Assembly (NCBI GenBank): GCA_963725865.1
Contig: CAVSAC010000019.1
Span: 138,320 to 202,319 of the forward strand
Reading direction: 5' to 3'
Source: Candidatus Eiseniibacteriota bacterium
Lineage (GTDB): Bacteria; Eisenbacteria; RBG-16-71-46
DNA: 64,000 nucleotides
Part shown: one piece after another, positions 12,082 to 21,750 of the stretch
Layout: each line of letters starts with the position of its first letter
Position numbering within the stretch: the stretch's first letter is position 1
Position numbers and translations under genes: made by a program
The notes under the pieces: model-generated
Databases searched by the model: none
What the model saw: the letters and a program-made list of their open reading frames with translations, nothing else
Told to the model about the DNA's origin: nothing

Positions 12082-13845
12082 TCAGTGCACGACCAGCACG
12101 CGCCCCGCGCGCGTGGCGCGCGGAGTCGAGAGCCGTGCGAAGTAGAGCCCCGCCGCGAGCTCCCGCGTGCCCGCCAGCGCCAGGTCGCGCTCGCCCGCGG
12201 CCGGCATGTCGACCCGCGCGCTCGCCTGCCGGCGCCCGGCGAGGTCGAACAGCTCGAGCCGCGCCGCGCCCGCCTCCGGCAGCGCGATGCGCGCGCGCAC
12301 CCCCTCGCCCGGCACGTAGCGCAGGCCGCTCAGGGCCAGCGCCGGCGCGGCCACCGGCGCCGCGGTCACCTCGCCAGCCGCGGTGAAGCGGCGCGCGAAC
12401 AGCCCGAACCGCTCGCGCTCCTGCGACCAGAAGAACACCGCGCCGCCATCGCGGGTGGGCGCGAGCGCGATGTCGCCGTACCACGTCACCACCGGGTTGT
12501 CGTGCGTCTCGAGCAGCAGCGCGCTCGAGCCATCGGGCACGTGGCGGACCTGGAGCATCGCGTAGGGCGAGAACGGACCGAACGGCCCGTAAGGCCAGAA
12601 CGACGCGACGAACATGCCGCCGGCGCCGTCGGTCACGGTCTCGTGCCCGGGCGAGATCACGTCGGTGGTGAGCGACGAGCTGGACACGCCGGTCGGGCCG
12701 AAACTCTGGTAGTGCTGGATCAGCGGCGAATCCGTGTACAGGATCGGCGAGGCCGCGACCGCGCCCTCGTGCCCATCGGACATCACGCGCAGCGAGCCAT
12801 CGACCGACGCGTCGGCGAAGGTCCAGCCGGTGACCGGGCCGCCCGCCGGCCAGCCCGGATCGGGCGAGCCATCGCCGAGCCGCCGATCGAGGCGGGCCTG
12901 ACCGATCGATTGGAAGAACATCGCGGACGGATCGTTCGAGTACACGAACACGCCCCCGCGATCGTCGGACGAGATCGCGACCTGGCTGGCCGGAACCTGC
13001 ATGTTCACGTAGTCGTCCGACGTGAACGCGAACGGGCGCACCGGCAGTCCCTCCGGCGCCCAGCCCGCGGCGAGCGTGCCGTCGGGATCCAGTCGGAGCA
13101 ACTGGTAGCCGCTCGGGATCGTGGCGACGTCGCTGCTCCAGAGCGCCCACGCGACGAACACGCCGCGGTCCGGGGCGAGTGCCAGCTGCGGCCAGGTCTC
13201 CAGCGTGAGAATGCTGGTGGAGCCCACCACCTCGCGCTGGCCGGTGGCCGGCCAGCCGCCGGCACCGAGCCCGTCGGTGCCGAGGTGCGCCGCCCGCACG
13301 CGCCAGGGATCGTCACCAAGACCGACATCCACGACCCACGCGGCGTAGAACCCGTGCGCGCCGTCCTCGATCACGCTCGGCCGCGGCTGGAAGGCCGCCA
13401 TCATGCCGAGCGCGCGCCCGCGCGCGAGCCAGCCCGGCGCGACGACGCCATCGGCGCCGAGGCGGGTCGCGAACAGCGAGCGATTCTCCATCCACCACAC
13501 GTAGAGCCCGCCGACGTGATCCGGCAACGCGCCCGTCTGGGTGCGCGAGATCGACACGTCGCACACCGGAGCGCCCGTGGCGGGCCACGCGGGATCGACG
13601 TCGCCGGTGGCGAGCAGGTGCTGCGCGCGCAGCACGCCGGGACTGCCGCTCAGCGGTGCCTCCTGCCACACCACGAACGTGCCGGATCCGCCATCGGAGC
13701 ACGCGACGAGCGGTGCGAGGTGCGACGAGGTGGCGAGCACGGTCGCGCCGTCGACCTGCCAGCCGGCACGCGCGGAGGACGTCGAGACGAGGAGCGAGAG
13801 CGCGAGCAGGGCGAGCGCGCGCGGGATGATCCGACCAGCGTTCAT
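12082..13845 (-). CDS. Secreted repeat protein (DGxGG..W / GWPAxG repeats) with C-terminal FlgD-Ig/T9SS-like domain
   Basis: Signal peptide ending ARA; recurring DG.GG.FV.W motifs; C-terminus LELFDLAGRR...LAAGLYFARL...RVLVVH; GGAGG RBS. Confidence 0.85.
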   Translation of the reverse strand: MNAGRIIPRALALLALSLLVSTSSARAGWQVDGATVLATSSHLAPLVACSDGGSGTFVVWQEAPLSGSPGVLRAQHLLATGDVDPAWPATGAPVCDVSISRTQTGALPDHVGGLYVWWMENRSLFATRLGADGVVAPGWLARGRALGMMAAFQPRPSVIEDGAHGFYAAWVVDVGLGDDPWRVRAAHLGTDGLGAGGWPATGQREVVGSTSILTLETWPQLALAPDRGVFVAWALWSSDVATIPSGYQLLRLDPDGTLAAGWAPEGLPVRPFAFTSDDYVNMQVPASQVAISSDDRGGVFVYSNDPSAMFFQSIGQARLDRRLGDGSPDPGWPAGGPVTGWTFADASVDGSLRVMSDGHEGAVAASPILYTDSPLIQHYQSFGPTGVSSSSLTTDVISPGHETVTDGAGGMFVASFWPYGPFGPFSPYAMLQVRHVPDGSSALLLETHDNPVVTWYGDIALAPTRDGGAVFFWSQERERFGLFARRFTAAGEVTAAPVAAPALALSGLRYVPGEGVRARIALPEAGAARLELFDLAGRRQASARVDMPAAGERDLALAGTRELAAGLYFARLSTPRATRAGRVLVVH

Positions 13846-14005
13846 GGCCACCTCCGGCAGCGAGTTCCGTGGGCAAGGCCTGGGGGACAGGCGAGCGGCC
13901 GCTCATCAGTATGGGCACGCCGGTAGCGGTCGGGAAGCGGAAAGCCCTGATGCATCGGCGGTGTCGACCGGGCGATTGGCCGCGGGAATTCGACCCGACG
14001 CGCGC

Positions 14006-15783
14006 CTAGCGCCAGACCACCACGCGCGCCTCGCGGACCTCGCGCGCGGTCGTCAGGCGCGCGAAGTACACGCTCTGCCCCAGCGCCGCGGTCCCCGGCA
14101 GCAGTACGTCGCGCTCGCCCTGTGACCCCGCGGGCAGGCGCAGGTCCGCCGCGCGCCGTCCGCCGAGATCGAACAGCTCCAGGCGACCCGCGCCGCCGGC
14201 CAGCCCGATGCGCGCATGCACGCCTTCGCCCGGCACGTAACGCAGCGCGTGCAGCGCCACGGGCGCGATCGCGGGGGGCGTCTCGACCAGTTCCGCGGCG
14301 GCGCTGAACCGGCGCGCGAACAGGCCGGTGCGTTCGTAGACCTGCGACCAGAAGTACACCGCGCCGCCGTCGCCGGTCGGCGCCAGCGCCATGTCGCCGA
14401 ACCAGGTGCCCGCCGGCGTCTCGTGGTTCTCCGCGAACGACCAGCCCCCCATCGCCTGCCCGCCGAGGAATGCCGCCCAACAGCACTGGAACCCGCCGTG
14501 ATACGGGGACGTGTAGGTGATGATCTCGGCCGCGGCGAGGCGGCCGGGAGCGATCTGCACGACCTTGTGACCAGGCGCGTAGGCGTTCAGCCATCCGCTC
14601 GCCCCTTCGCCGGTCGGACCGAAGCGGGTGTACGTTCATCGTGAATCCGTCCCTCGGTGTAGTTCTGCTGATTGCCGACGATCGCGCCGTCGAGGCCGTC
14701 GGAGAACACGCGGAACGAGCCGCTCGCTCCGATGTCCGCGATCCAGTACATGTCCGCGGCCTCGACCCCGCCCGCGGGCCAGTCGAGTGCCGGCGCGCTG
14801 TCGGAGCGGTAACGTCGCAGCAGCGAGTAGCCGCTCTCCAGGTCGGGCGACAGCTCCACGCTGAGCGCGAACATCCCGCCGCGGCCATCGGGCGCGATCC
14901 CGAACAGGCTGCGCTCCGTCAGGTCCCAATCGAACGGGAGCGGCTGCCATGCGGTCTGCGCCAGCACCATCCCGCCCGTCGGCCACTCGGGTGACGCCGC
15001 GCCGGCCGGTGAGAATCGCTGCACCAGGAAGTCGGCCGCCATGTTCGCGTAGGCGCTGTCGATGTTCCACGAGGCCCACGCCAGGTAGATGCCACCGTCG
15101 CCGGCGAGCGCCAACTGCGGCCACGATTCCCATGTCTGGCGTGCTCCCGCGGGCACGAGGGACGTCACCGAATCGGGCCAACCTCCCGCCGACGTGTTCG
15201 CCGCACCCAGATGGATGCCCGAGACGTGCATCAGGTCGGGCATCACGCCGGTCGCGACCCACACCGCGTAGACGCCGCCCGACCCGTCCTCGATCACGCT
15301 CGGGAGCGGACTCCAACGCCACAGCGACCCGAGCGCGCGTCCGCGGGCCGGCCACCCCGGCGCGACGACGCCCTCCGAGTCGATCCGAGTGACGAAGAGT
15401 GTGAGCGTCCCGTACGGCAGCGTTCCCTCGACCCACCAGGCGTAGAAGCCGCCCAGTTGGTCGGGCAGCAAGCCCAGCGACTGGCGCTCGATGACGCTGT
15501 CGCAGACCACGACCCCGGCCGCGGGCCACGCGGGATCGACGTCGCCGGTCGGAAGTAGGTGCTGCGCGCGCAGCGGTCCGGCGTAGCCGCCCGACTGCTC
15601 GTGCCACGCGACGAACGTGCCGCGGTCGCCATCGGAGCAGGCCTCGACCGGCGCGAGCACTCGGTTGGTCGAGAGCAACTGGACGCCGCCGGGCACCCAG
15701 CCGGCATCCGCGTGAAGCGCGCTCGCCGACGAGCACGCGACGACGTACGCCAGGGCGGCGAAGGTACGACGCATCGCGGCCAC
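14006..15783 (-). CDS. Tandem paralog of 12082-13845, frameshifted near 14630-14655
   Basis: Shares LRAQHLL.TGDVDPAWPA and ETWPQLALA/ESWPQLALA; after NYTEG the homology continues in another frame (YTRFGPTG...PGHKVVQ...FWSQVYERTGLFARRF...LELFDLGGRR). Confidence 0.82.
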
Positions 15784-15968
15784 ATGAGCCTCCAGGAAGA
15801 TGCTCGCCGGAGGAGCCGGACGTCCCGGGGGGACGCGCTCGATGGTACGCCCGGCGGGGTACCTCCGGGAAGCGCGGCCCACGGAGGACGTACGGCCGGC
15901 GGCGAACCGCGCGACATCGCGCCGCCGACTCCGGCGCCCGCGCGCGGACGCGCGCGGCCGGGCGTTGC

Positions 15969-18900
15969 TCAGCGGCCGTTGCCGGTGGCGACGAACGCAC
16001 CCCAGTAGAACGGGTGCGTGCTCTCGCCCTTCGCGCGCCGCTCCGCGAGGACCGCGCGCGACGCGGCGCGCACGGCGTCCGGAGTCGCGAGCCCTTCCAC
16101 CCAGCGCGCGCGGTAGGCGCGCTCCATCCAGTCGCGCGTCGCCCGGTCGTCGACGTCCCAGAGGCTGGCGATCACCGTGCGGGCGCCGGCGAGGTGGAAC
16201 GCCCGCACCAGCCCCTGCAGGGTCTCGCGCCCCCGCGCGTCGCCCGCGCCGCTCGCGCACGCCGAGAGCACGGCCCACTCCACTCCCGCGAGATCGAGCG
16301 TGAGCACCTCCTCGTCGGTGAGCCAGCCGTCCTCCGGCGCGGTGGAGTCCGGATGCGCGGCGCCGGCGAGCGCCAGCGCCGAGAGATCGTCGTGCTCCTC
16401 GGCGCTGGCGGGGCCGCTCCCGACGTGCACGCCTCCCACGCCGCGCGCGCCGCGCTCGATGCGAACGCTGCGCCCGGCGAGCGAGACCCCGTGGGTGGCG
16501 AGGTGGAGCACGCGCCGTCCCGGCGCGCCGGCCTTGAACTCCTCCTCGCTCGCCTGCGCGCCGACCAGCACGCGCGCTTCATGGTCGGTTCCGGGCGCGA
16601 GCTGCCACGCCGCGGCCACCGCTCGGGCCTCCCCCGCGCTGGCGGGCAGCGGCGCCAGCTGCAACGAGTCGGCGCCGCGAAGGCGCGAGTGCCAGCTCTC
16701 GTCGGCGAGGGCGAGCGGCCCCGACCCGGGCTCCGCGAGCGCGCCGCGGTCGTAGGCCGGATCCGCGAGCGCGAGCAGGCCGTGGCCCCCGCTCGGCGCC
16801 TCGCCGTCGTGGACCAGGTCGCGCTCCGCCGAGAGCATGACCAGCGTCGGCCCCGTTTCCACCAGCCACGCGTCCGCGCCGACCGGCAGCGCGGCCAGAT
16901 CGATCGCGGCCAGCGCGCCATCGGGGACCACGTACACGCGGCCCGCGCCGGCGAGCCGGCGTGCGATCGGATCCCAGACGCGCTCGCGCAGCGCGGCGCC
17001 GAGCTCGCGGTAGCGCCGCCAGCCGACTCGATCGGTCGCGGCCACCGGATGCGAGGTGCGCTCGATCCAGCGCGCCACCAGGTCCTCGAGCCCGGCGGCG
17101 TCTCCGAGCGGCACCACGTCGGTCACGTCGCTCCCCGGCGCGCGCACCAGCGCGACGTAGCGCTGCTCGCTCGCCCGGCCGAGCCCCGAGTCGGCGGCCA
17201 CCGGGATCCGCCGGTGCTGGTAGCGCACGAAGCTCACCAGCGCGGCCCCCTCGGGCAGGGCGGCGATGGCGTCGGCGATGCCCGCGTCACGAGCCGGACG
17301 CCGCTGGCGGTAGGCGGCGCTCACCTCGCCGAGCGCGCGCTCGGCGGCGTCCCGCCGGCGGCGCGCGGCCGTCAGCAACGCGAGCAGCGAGTCGCTGCGG
17401 CCGCCGGCCAGCGTGCCTGCCGCGAGACGGCTGAGCGAGTCGCGGGCCGCGGCCAGTTCCGCCTGCCGGCGCGCGACGTCGGGATCGTCGCTGCGGGCCG
17501 ACCAGCGCTGGTCGGCGCGCTCCGCCGCCACCGCCAGACGCCCGCGCGCGACCGCGTCCCAGGCCGCCCGGCGCTCGGGCAGCGTCAGCCCGCTGGGATC
17601 GGCCGCCAGCGTGAGCACCACGTCGAGGCCGCGCGCCATCTCGCCTTCGAACGACAGCGCCTCGCGGTCCGAGAGCCCGCCGATCGCCTCCTGCAGGATC
17701 GAGCGCGACGTCGCCTCGACCTCGAATCCGAGCGCCAGCGCACGCGCGTGCTCGCCGAGGTCGTAGAGGCTCCCGGCCCAGTCCGCCTTGCGTTCCAGGG
17801 TCAGCGCCGAGCGCGGCCCGAGCGCGCTGTCGTAGACGGCGACCACGTGACGCACGAGCGATTCGGCGATCGCGGCGTGTCCGAGCCGCCGGTGGGTCTC
17901 GGCGAGCACGTCTTCGGTCCTCAGCTGCCAGCGCAGACCGCGCCGCGCCTGTCCCGCCCACAGTGGCTGCACGGCCGCGAGGGCGAGCTGCGGATGCCCG
18001 CGCTCGCTCTCCATGAGCGCGAGGCGCACCCGCTTGTTCGCGCTCACCACGTCGCCCGGTTCGCTGAGCGCCTCGCGCACCGCGAGCGCTTCGCGGACAC
18101 GCGCGATCGCGTCGTCGAGCCGATGGAGGTCGTAGTCGATCTCGCCGCTGATGCTCAGGATGCTGACCATGTAGAGGTGGGGCTCGTGGAACGCCCTCCG
18201 ACCGATCTCGACGGCGAGCTCCGCCTGTCGATGAGCCTCGGCGAGGTCGCCGATGAACGCGATGAGGTCCGCGGCGCGGGCGTGGGCCAGCGCGGTGTTG
18301 CCATCGCTCATGCCGAAGGCCGAGTCGGCGAATGCCACGTTGCGATCGGCGTATCGCCGCCCGAGCGCCCAGTCACCGGTGTTGGTGCAGGTCTGGACCA
18401 GCCCATCCAACGTCGAGCTCAGGTCGATGGCTTCGATGTCCGGTTCGCGCTCGACGATCGCGAGGATGTGCTGATAGAGCGGCAGGGCGCTCCGCGGGTC
18501 GTTGCGCGAGACGGCGGCGGAGGCGATTCCATACAGGATCGGGACGCTCTCGGGATGATCGGGGCCGAATTGGCGGTCGCAGATCGCGAGCGCGGCGCGG
18601 TAGTGCTCCTCGGCGGCGCGCGGGTCCTCGCTCATGAGTCCCAGCCGCCCCAGCAGTGCCTCGGTCGCGGCGATCTCAAACGAGTCGCGGGGAGCATGGA
18701 CCCGCAGCAGGCGTACGGCCTCCGCGGCCTGCGCGCGGGCGGCGGAGACATGCGTGCGCGCGCCGAGCACTGCGCCGGAGCGTCCCAGGGTGTGCGCGAG
18801 CGCCACCGAGTCCCCGAGCGCGCGCCGCAGCGCCACCGCGCGCGCCGCCAGCGACTCGGCCGCGGCCGGCAGCGTCGGCACCGGCTGCGAGAGCGTGGTC

Positions 18901-19145
18901 AGCACCGCGTCGAGCGCGTCGGCCACGCGCGGGCTGGACGGACCGTACGCGCGCTCGAGCCCCGGGAGCGCCGCGCGGGCCAGGCTCTCGGCCGCCGCGA
19001 AGTGCCGCGCCCGGCTCATCGCCTGCGCGCGCCGCAGCAGCGAGTCGGGCGACGACGCATCCGGCGCGGCGCGCGCGGGCCACGGCGCGGCGCACAGCGC
19101 CAGGACGATCGCGCCGGCACGCAGGGCGGCGCGCCCACCGCTCAC
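15969..19145 (-). CDS. Secreted TPR-repeat CHAT-domain (caspase-like, clan CD) protease
   Basis: GTG overlaps the kinase stop; signal peptide ..VLALCAAPWPARA; TPR-like helical repeats; YVVPDGAL, VLHLATHG (His), VLSACASG (Cys), VIASLWDVDD, HPFYWGAFV. Confidence 0.92.
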   Translation of the reverse strand: MSGGRAALRAGAIVLALCAAPWPARAAPDASSPDSLLRRAQAMSRARHFAAAESLARAALPGLERAYGPSSPRVADALDAVLTTLSQPVPTLPAAAESLAARAVALRRALGDSVALAHTLGRSGAVLGARTHVSAARAQAAEAVRLLRVHAPRDSFEIAATEALLGRLGLMSEDPRAAEEHYRAALAICDRQFGPDHPESVPILYGIASAAVSRNDPRSALPLYQHILAIVEREPDIEAIDLSSTLDGLVQTCTNTGDWALGRRYADRNVAFADSAFGMSDGNTALAHARAADLIAFIGDLAEAHRQAELAVEIGRRAFHEPHLYMVSILSISGEIDYDLHRLDDAIARVREALAVREALSEPGDVVSANKRVRLALMESERGHPQLALAAVQPLWAGQARRGLRWQLRTEDVLAETHRRLGHAAIAESLVRHVVAVYDSALGPRSALTLERKADWAGSLYDLGEHARALALGFEVEATSRSILQEAIGGLSDREALSFEGEMARGLDVVLTLAADPSGLTLPERRAAWDAVARGRLAVAAERADQRWSARSDDPDVARRQAELAAARDSLSRLAAGTLAGGRSDSLLALLTAARRRRDAAERALGEVSAAYRQRRPARDAGIADAIAALPEGAALVSFVRYQHRRIPVAADSGLGRASEQRYVALVRAPGSDVTDVVPLGDAAGLEDLVARWIERTSHPVAATDRVGWRRYRELGAALRERVWDPIARRLAGAGRVYVVPDGALAAIDLAALPVGADAWLVETGPTLVMLSAERDLVHDGEAPSGGHGLLALADPAYDRGALAEPGSGPLALADESWHSRLRGADSLQLAPLPASAGEARAVAAAWQLAPGTDHEARVLVGAQASEEEFKAGAPGRRVLHLATHGVSLAGRSVRIERGARGVGGVHVGSGPASAEEHDDLSALALAGAAHPDSTAPEDGWLTDEEVLTLDLAGVEWAVLSACASGAGDARGRETLQGLVRAFHLAGARTVIASLWDVDDRATRDWMERAYRARWVEGLATPDAVRAASRAVLAERRAKGESTHPFYWGAFVATGNGR

Positions 19146-20911
19146 CGCGGGTTCTCCAGCACCAGCAGCCGGACCCACATGCGCTCGCGCGGGGCGCCCT
19201 CGAGCGCGCGCCGGACCGCGGCGAGCCGTCCGGCATCCTCGGCCGCGGGCGCCGCCCGCCGAGCGATGCCGCCGACATGACGCAGCTGGCCGAGCGCGTC
19301 GTCGCCGAGCGGCGCGTACTGCACCTCGGCATCCGCGCGGGCGGCGCGGAGCCGCGCCACCGCGCGCTCGATCGCGGCTTCGGGCTTGGTGCTCGCCACG
19401 ATCAGGAAGCGCTCGTGCGCGCCGGCCGAGGTGACCTCCCAGTCGAGCTCCTGCCCACCGTCGCGTCCGGGCAGCCGGTGGCGCACGCCGGCGGCGAGCG
19501 GATCGCGCGCGCCGCGGCCCGCGAGCGGGAACAGGACGAACACGTTCCCGGTCTCGTCCTCCTCCAGCACGTAGGCGTACACCGCGGCGCGCGGCGTGAG
19601 TTCGAGGAAGAGCCGGTCGCCCGGGCTCACGCGGTCGCCGTCGCGCAGCACCTCGCTGCCGCGCTCGCCCACGCGACACAGGGCCGCGTCGACCTCGAGC
19701 GGGCGCGTCTCCGCGAGCGGAACCGCCGGCGTCGTCGCGCCACCCGCGGACACGCGCACGGCGGCGGGCGGCGACGCCACGGGCGCCGGCACCGCGGCTG
19801 CCGGCGGGCGCCGGAGGGCCAGCGCCCACAGCGCCGTGGCGATCGCGGCCAGCACCAGCGCCGCGATCCCCGCGAGCGCGGCCGAGCGCGGGCGGGCTCC
19901 GCGCGCGGGCCGGTCCGCGGGCGCCGGCGTCACCACCTCGCTGAGCGCGCGCTCCAGCGCGGCGGCACTCGGCCAGCGCGATGCGGGCTCGTGCTCGAGG
20001 GCGCGCTCCACCGCGTCCACGAACGAGCGCGGCAGGTCGGGGCGGACGTCGCGCAGTCGCGCGCGCTCGCCGCGCGCGTGGCGCGCGCGCAGTTCATCGA
20101 GCGTGGTGGCCTCGAAGGGATGGCGCTGGGTGGTGAGGCGGAACAACAGCGCGCCCAGCGCGTAGAGGTCCGAGGCCGGCGTGGCCGCGTCGCCCTCGAG
20201 CAACTCGGGCGCGGCCGCCAGCGGCGTGCCGAGCAGGCCGGCGCGCGCGCCATCGTGGGCCGCGCCGAAGTCCATGAGCACGATGCGGCCCGATGCCCCC
20301 ACCTCGCCCGAGGCCGCGCCCACCCGCATGACGTTGCTGGCCTTGACGTCGCCATGCACCAGGCCGGCGGCGTGCACCGCCGCCAGCGCCGCGCACAGGT
20401 CGAGTCCCACCACCGCGGCCTCGCGCGCGCCCAGCGGCCCCTGCGCAGCCAGCGTCTGCTCGAGCGTGCGGCCGTCGAGCAGCTCGGTCCACAGCCCGGC
20501 GCGCTCGTCATGGACGTCGGCGCCGTACACGCTCAGCACGTTGGGATGGCGCACGCGCGCCAGGCGCCGTGCCTCCTCGAGCCAGGCCAGCGAGCCGTTC
20601 GCCCCCGCCTCGGTGCGCCTCAGCTTGAGCGCCACCTCGCGCTGCAGCGCGGGGTCCCACGCCGCGAAGACCTCGCCGAAGCTGCCCGCGCCGAGCCGGC
20701 GCAGGACGCGCAACGGACCCCAAGCGAACAGCGCGCCGTCCGCCACCGCCGGCGGCGCCTCGACCGCGAGCTGCGCCAGGTCGCGCAGGCGCGCCAGCGG
20801 GCCCTCCATGCCGGGCGAGTCCTCGAGCGCGCCCTCCCAGTCCACCGCGCGGCCGTCCCCGACCGCGAGCGCGACATCGAGCAGGCGTTCGCGCGGGTCA
20901 GCGGTACTCAT
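19142..20911 (-). CDS. Membrane Hanks-type Ser/Thr kinase with extracytoplasmic DUF4384-like domain
   Basis: LGAGSFGEV, VALK, HGDVKASN, DFG, APE, SDLYALG; TM ALAGIAALVLAAIATALWAL; C-terminal GDRLFLEL..AVYAYVLEED.TGNVFVLFP. Confidence 0.92.
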   Translation of the reverse strand: MSTADPRERLLDVALAVGDGRAVDWEGALEDSPGMEGPLARLRDLAQLAVEAPPAVADGALFAWGPLRVLRRLGAGSFGEVFAAWDPALQREVALKLRRTEAGANGSLAWLEEARRLARVRHPNVLSVYGADVHDERAGLWTELLDGRTLEQTLAAQGPLGAREAAVVGLDLCAALAAVHAAGLVHGDVKASNVMRVGAASGEVGASGRIVLMDFGAAHDGARAGLLGTPLAAAPELLEGDAATPASDLYALGALLFRLTTQRHPFEATTLDELRARHARGERARLRDVRPDLPRSFVDAVERALEHEPASRWPSAAALERALSEVVTPAPADRPARGARPRSAALAGIAALVLAAIATALWALALRRPPAAAVPAPVASPPAAVRVSAGGATTPAVPLAETRPLEVDAALCRVGERGSEVLRDGDRVSPGDRLFLELTPRAAVYAYVLEEDETGNVFVLFPLAGRGARDPLAAGVRHRLPGRDGGQELDWEVTSAGAHERFLIVASTKPEAAIERAVARLRAARADAEVQYAPLGDDALGQLRHVGGIARRAAPAAEDAGRLAAVRRALEGAPRERMWVRLLVLENPR

Positions 20912-21494
20912 CCATCATCTCCGCCAGCCGCACCAGCGCGCGCCCCACCGTCATGCGCGCAGCGTCGGCACTCGCCAGGCCCAGTGCCTCCGCGACCTGC
21001 CGGTAGTCGAATCCCATCTCGAGTCGCAGGATCGTCGCCTCGCGCTGCTGCTCCACCAGCTCCGCCAGCGCGGCCTCGTAGCGCTCCAGGGTCTCGCGGC
21101 CGAGCGCGCGCTCGAGCGTGGAGGGCCCCGGGTCCGGGATCTCCTCGGCGAGCGGCGCCGGCGCGTGCCGGCGCGCCGCACGCCGGATCTCGTCGCGCAC
21201 GACGTTCATGAGGATCTGGCGCAGGTACGCAAGGAAGGCGCCCTCTCCGCGGTGCTGGAACGAGTCGAGGCGCGCCAGCGAGCGCATGAGCGTGACCTGC
21301 ACCAGGTCGTCGGTCTCGTGCAGGTCGCGCGCCGAGGCCGGCAGGCGGCAGTGGGCCCAGCGCCGGAGGATCGGCATGTAGCGCGCGAACAGGCGATCGC
21401 GCGCGCCCTCGTCGCCGCCGCGCGCGCGGTCGAGCAGCGCTCGGGTGGATTCGAGCGCGGACGGACCGGCGAGTGGCGCAGCGGAAGGGTCCAT
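20898..21494 (-). CDS. ECF-type RNA polymerase sigma factor
   Basis: LLDRARGGDEGARDRLFARY, DDLVQ, FLAYLRQILMNVVRD (region 2); REATILRLEMGFDYRQVAEALG...AARMTVGRAL (region 4). Confidence 0.92.
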   Translation of the reverse strand: MDPSAAPLAGPSALESTRALLDRARGGDEGARDRLFARYMPILRRWAHCRLPASARDLHETDDLVQVTLMRSLARLDSFQHRGEGAFLAYLRQILMNVVRDEIRRAARRHAPAPLAEEIPDPGPSTLERALGRETLERYEAALAELVEQQREATILRLEMGFDYRQVAEALGLASADAARMTVGRALVRLAEMMDEYR

Positions 21495-21750
21495 GAGGGC
21501 CGTCGCAGGGTGGACGGAAGGGAAGACCCATCGATTGAAGCCGCTGCGCTCGGGCGGCGTCAAGGACAACTCCACCCTCCGACGCTCCTGGCGGTGCGGG
21601 ATGGCAGCCTCGGAAATCGGCCGCCGGGCCACGGCGGCCCCGGCCGCTCGTCCACGCCGGCACTCGCCGCTGCCTTCGGCGGGCGCCGGCTCCTCGCGGA
21701 GGCCGGCGAGCGGTCCGGGGCGCACGGTCAGCGCTCGGGAAACCGTGCGC

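Noticed and set aside
15969..19145. Type III-E CRISPR (Craspase) or gasdermin-type defence role for the TPR-CHAT
   Set aside because: No cas genes, array or gasdermin-like neighbour; the protease appears to be exported.
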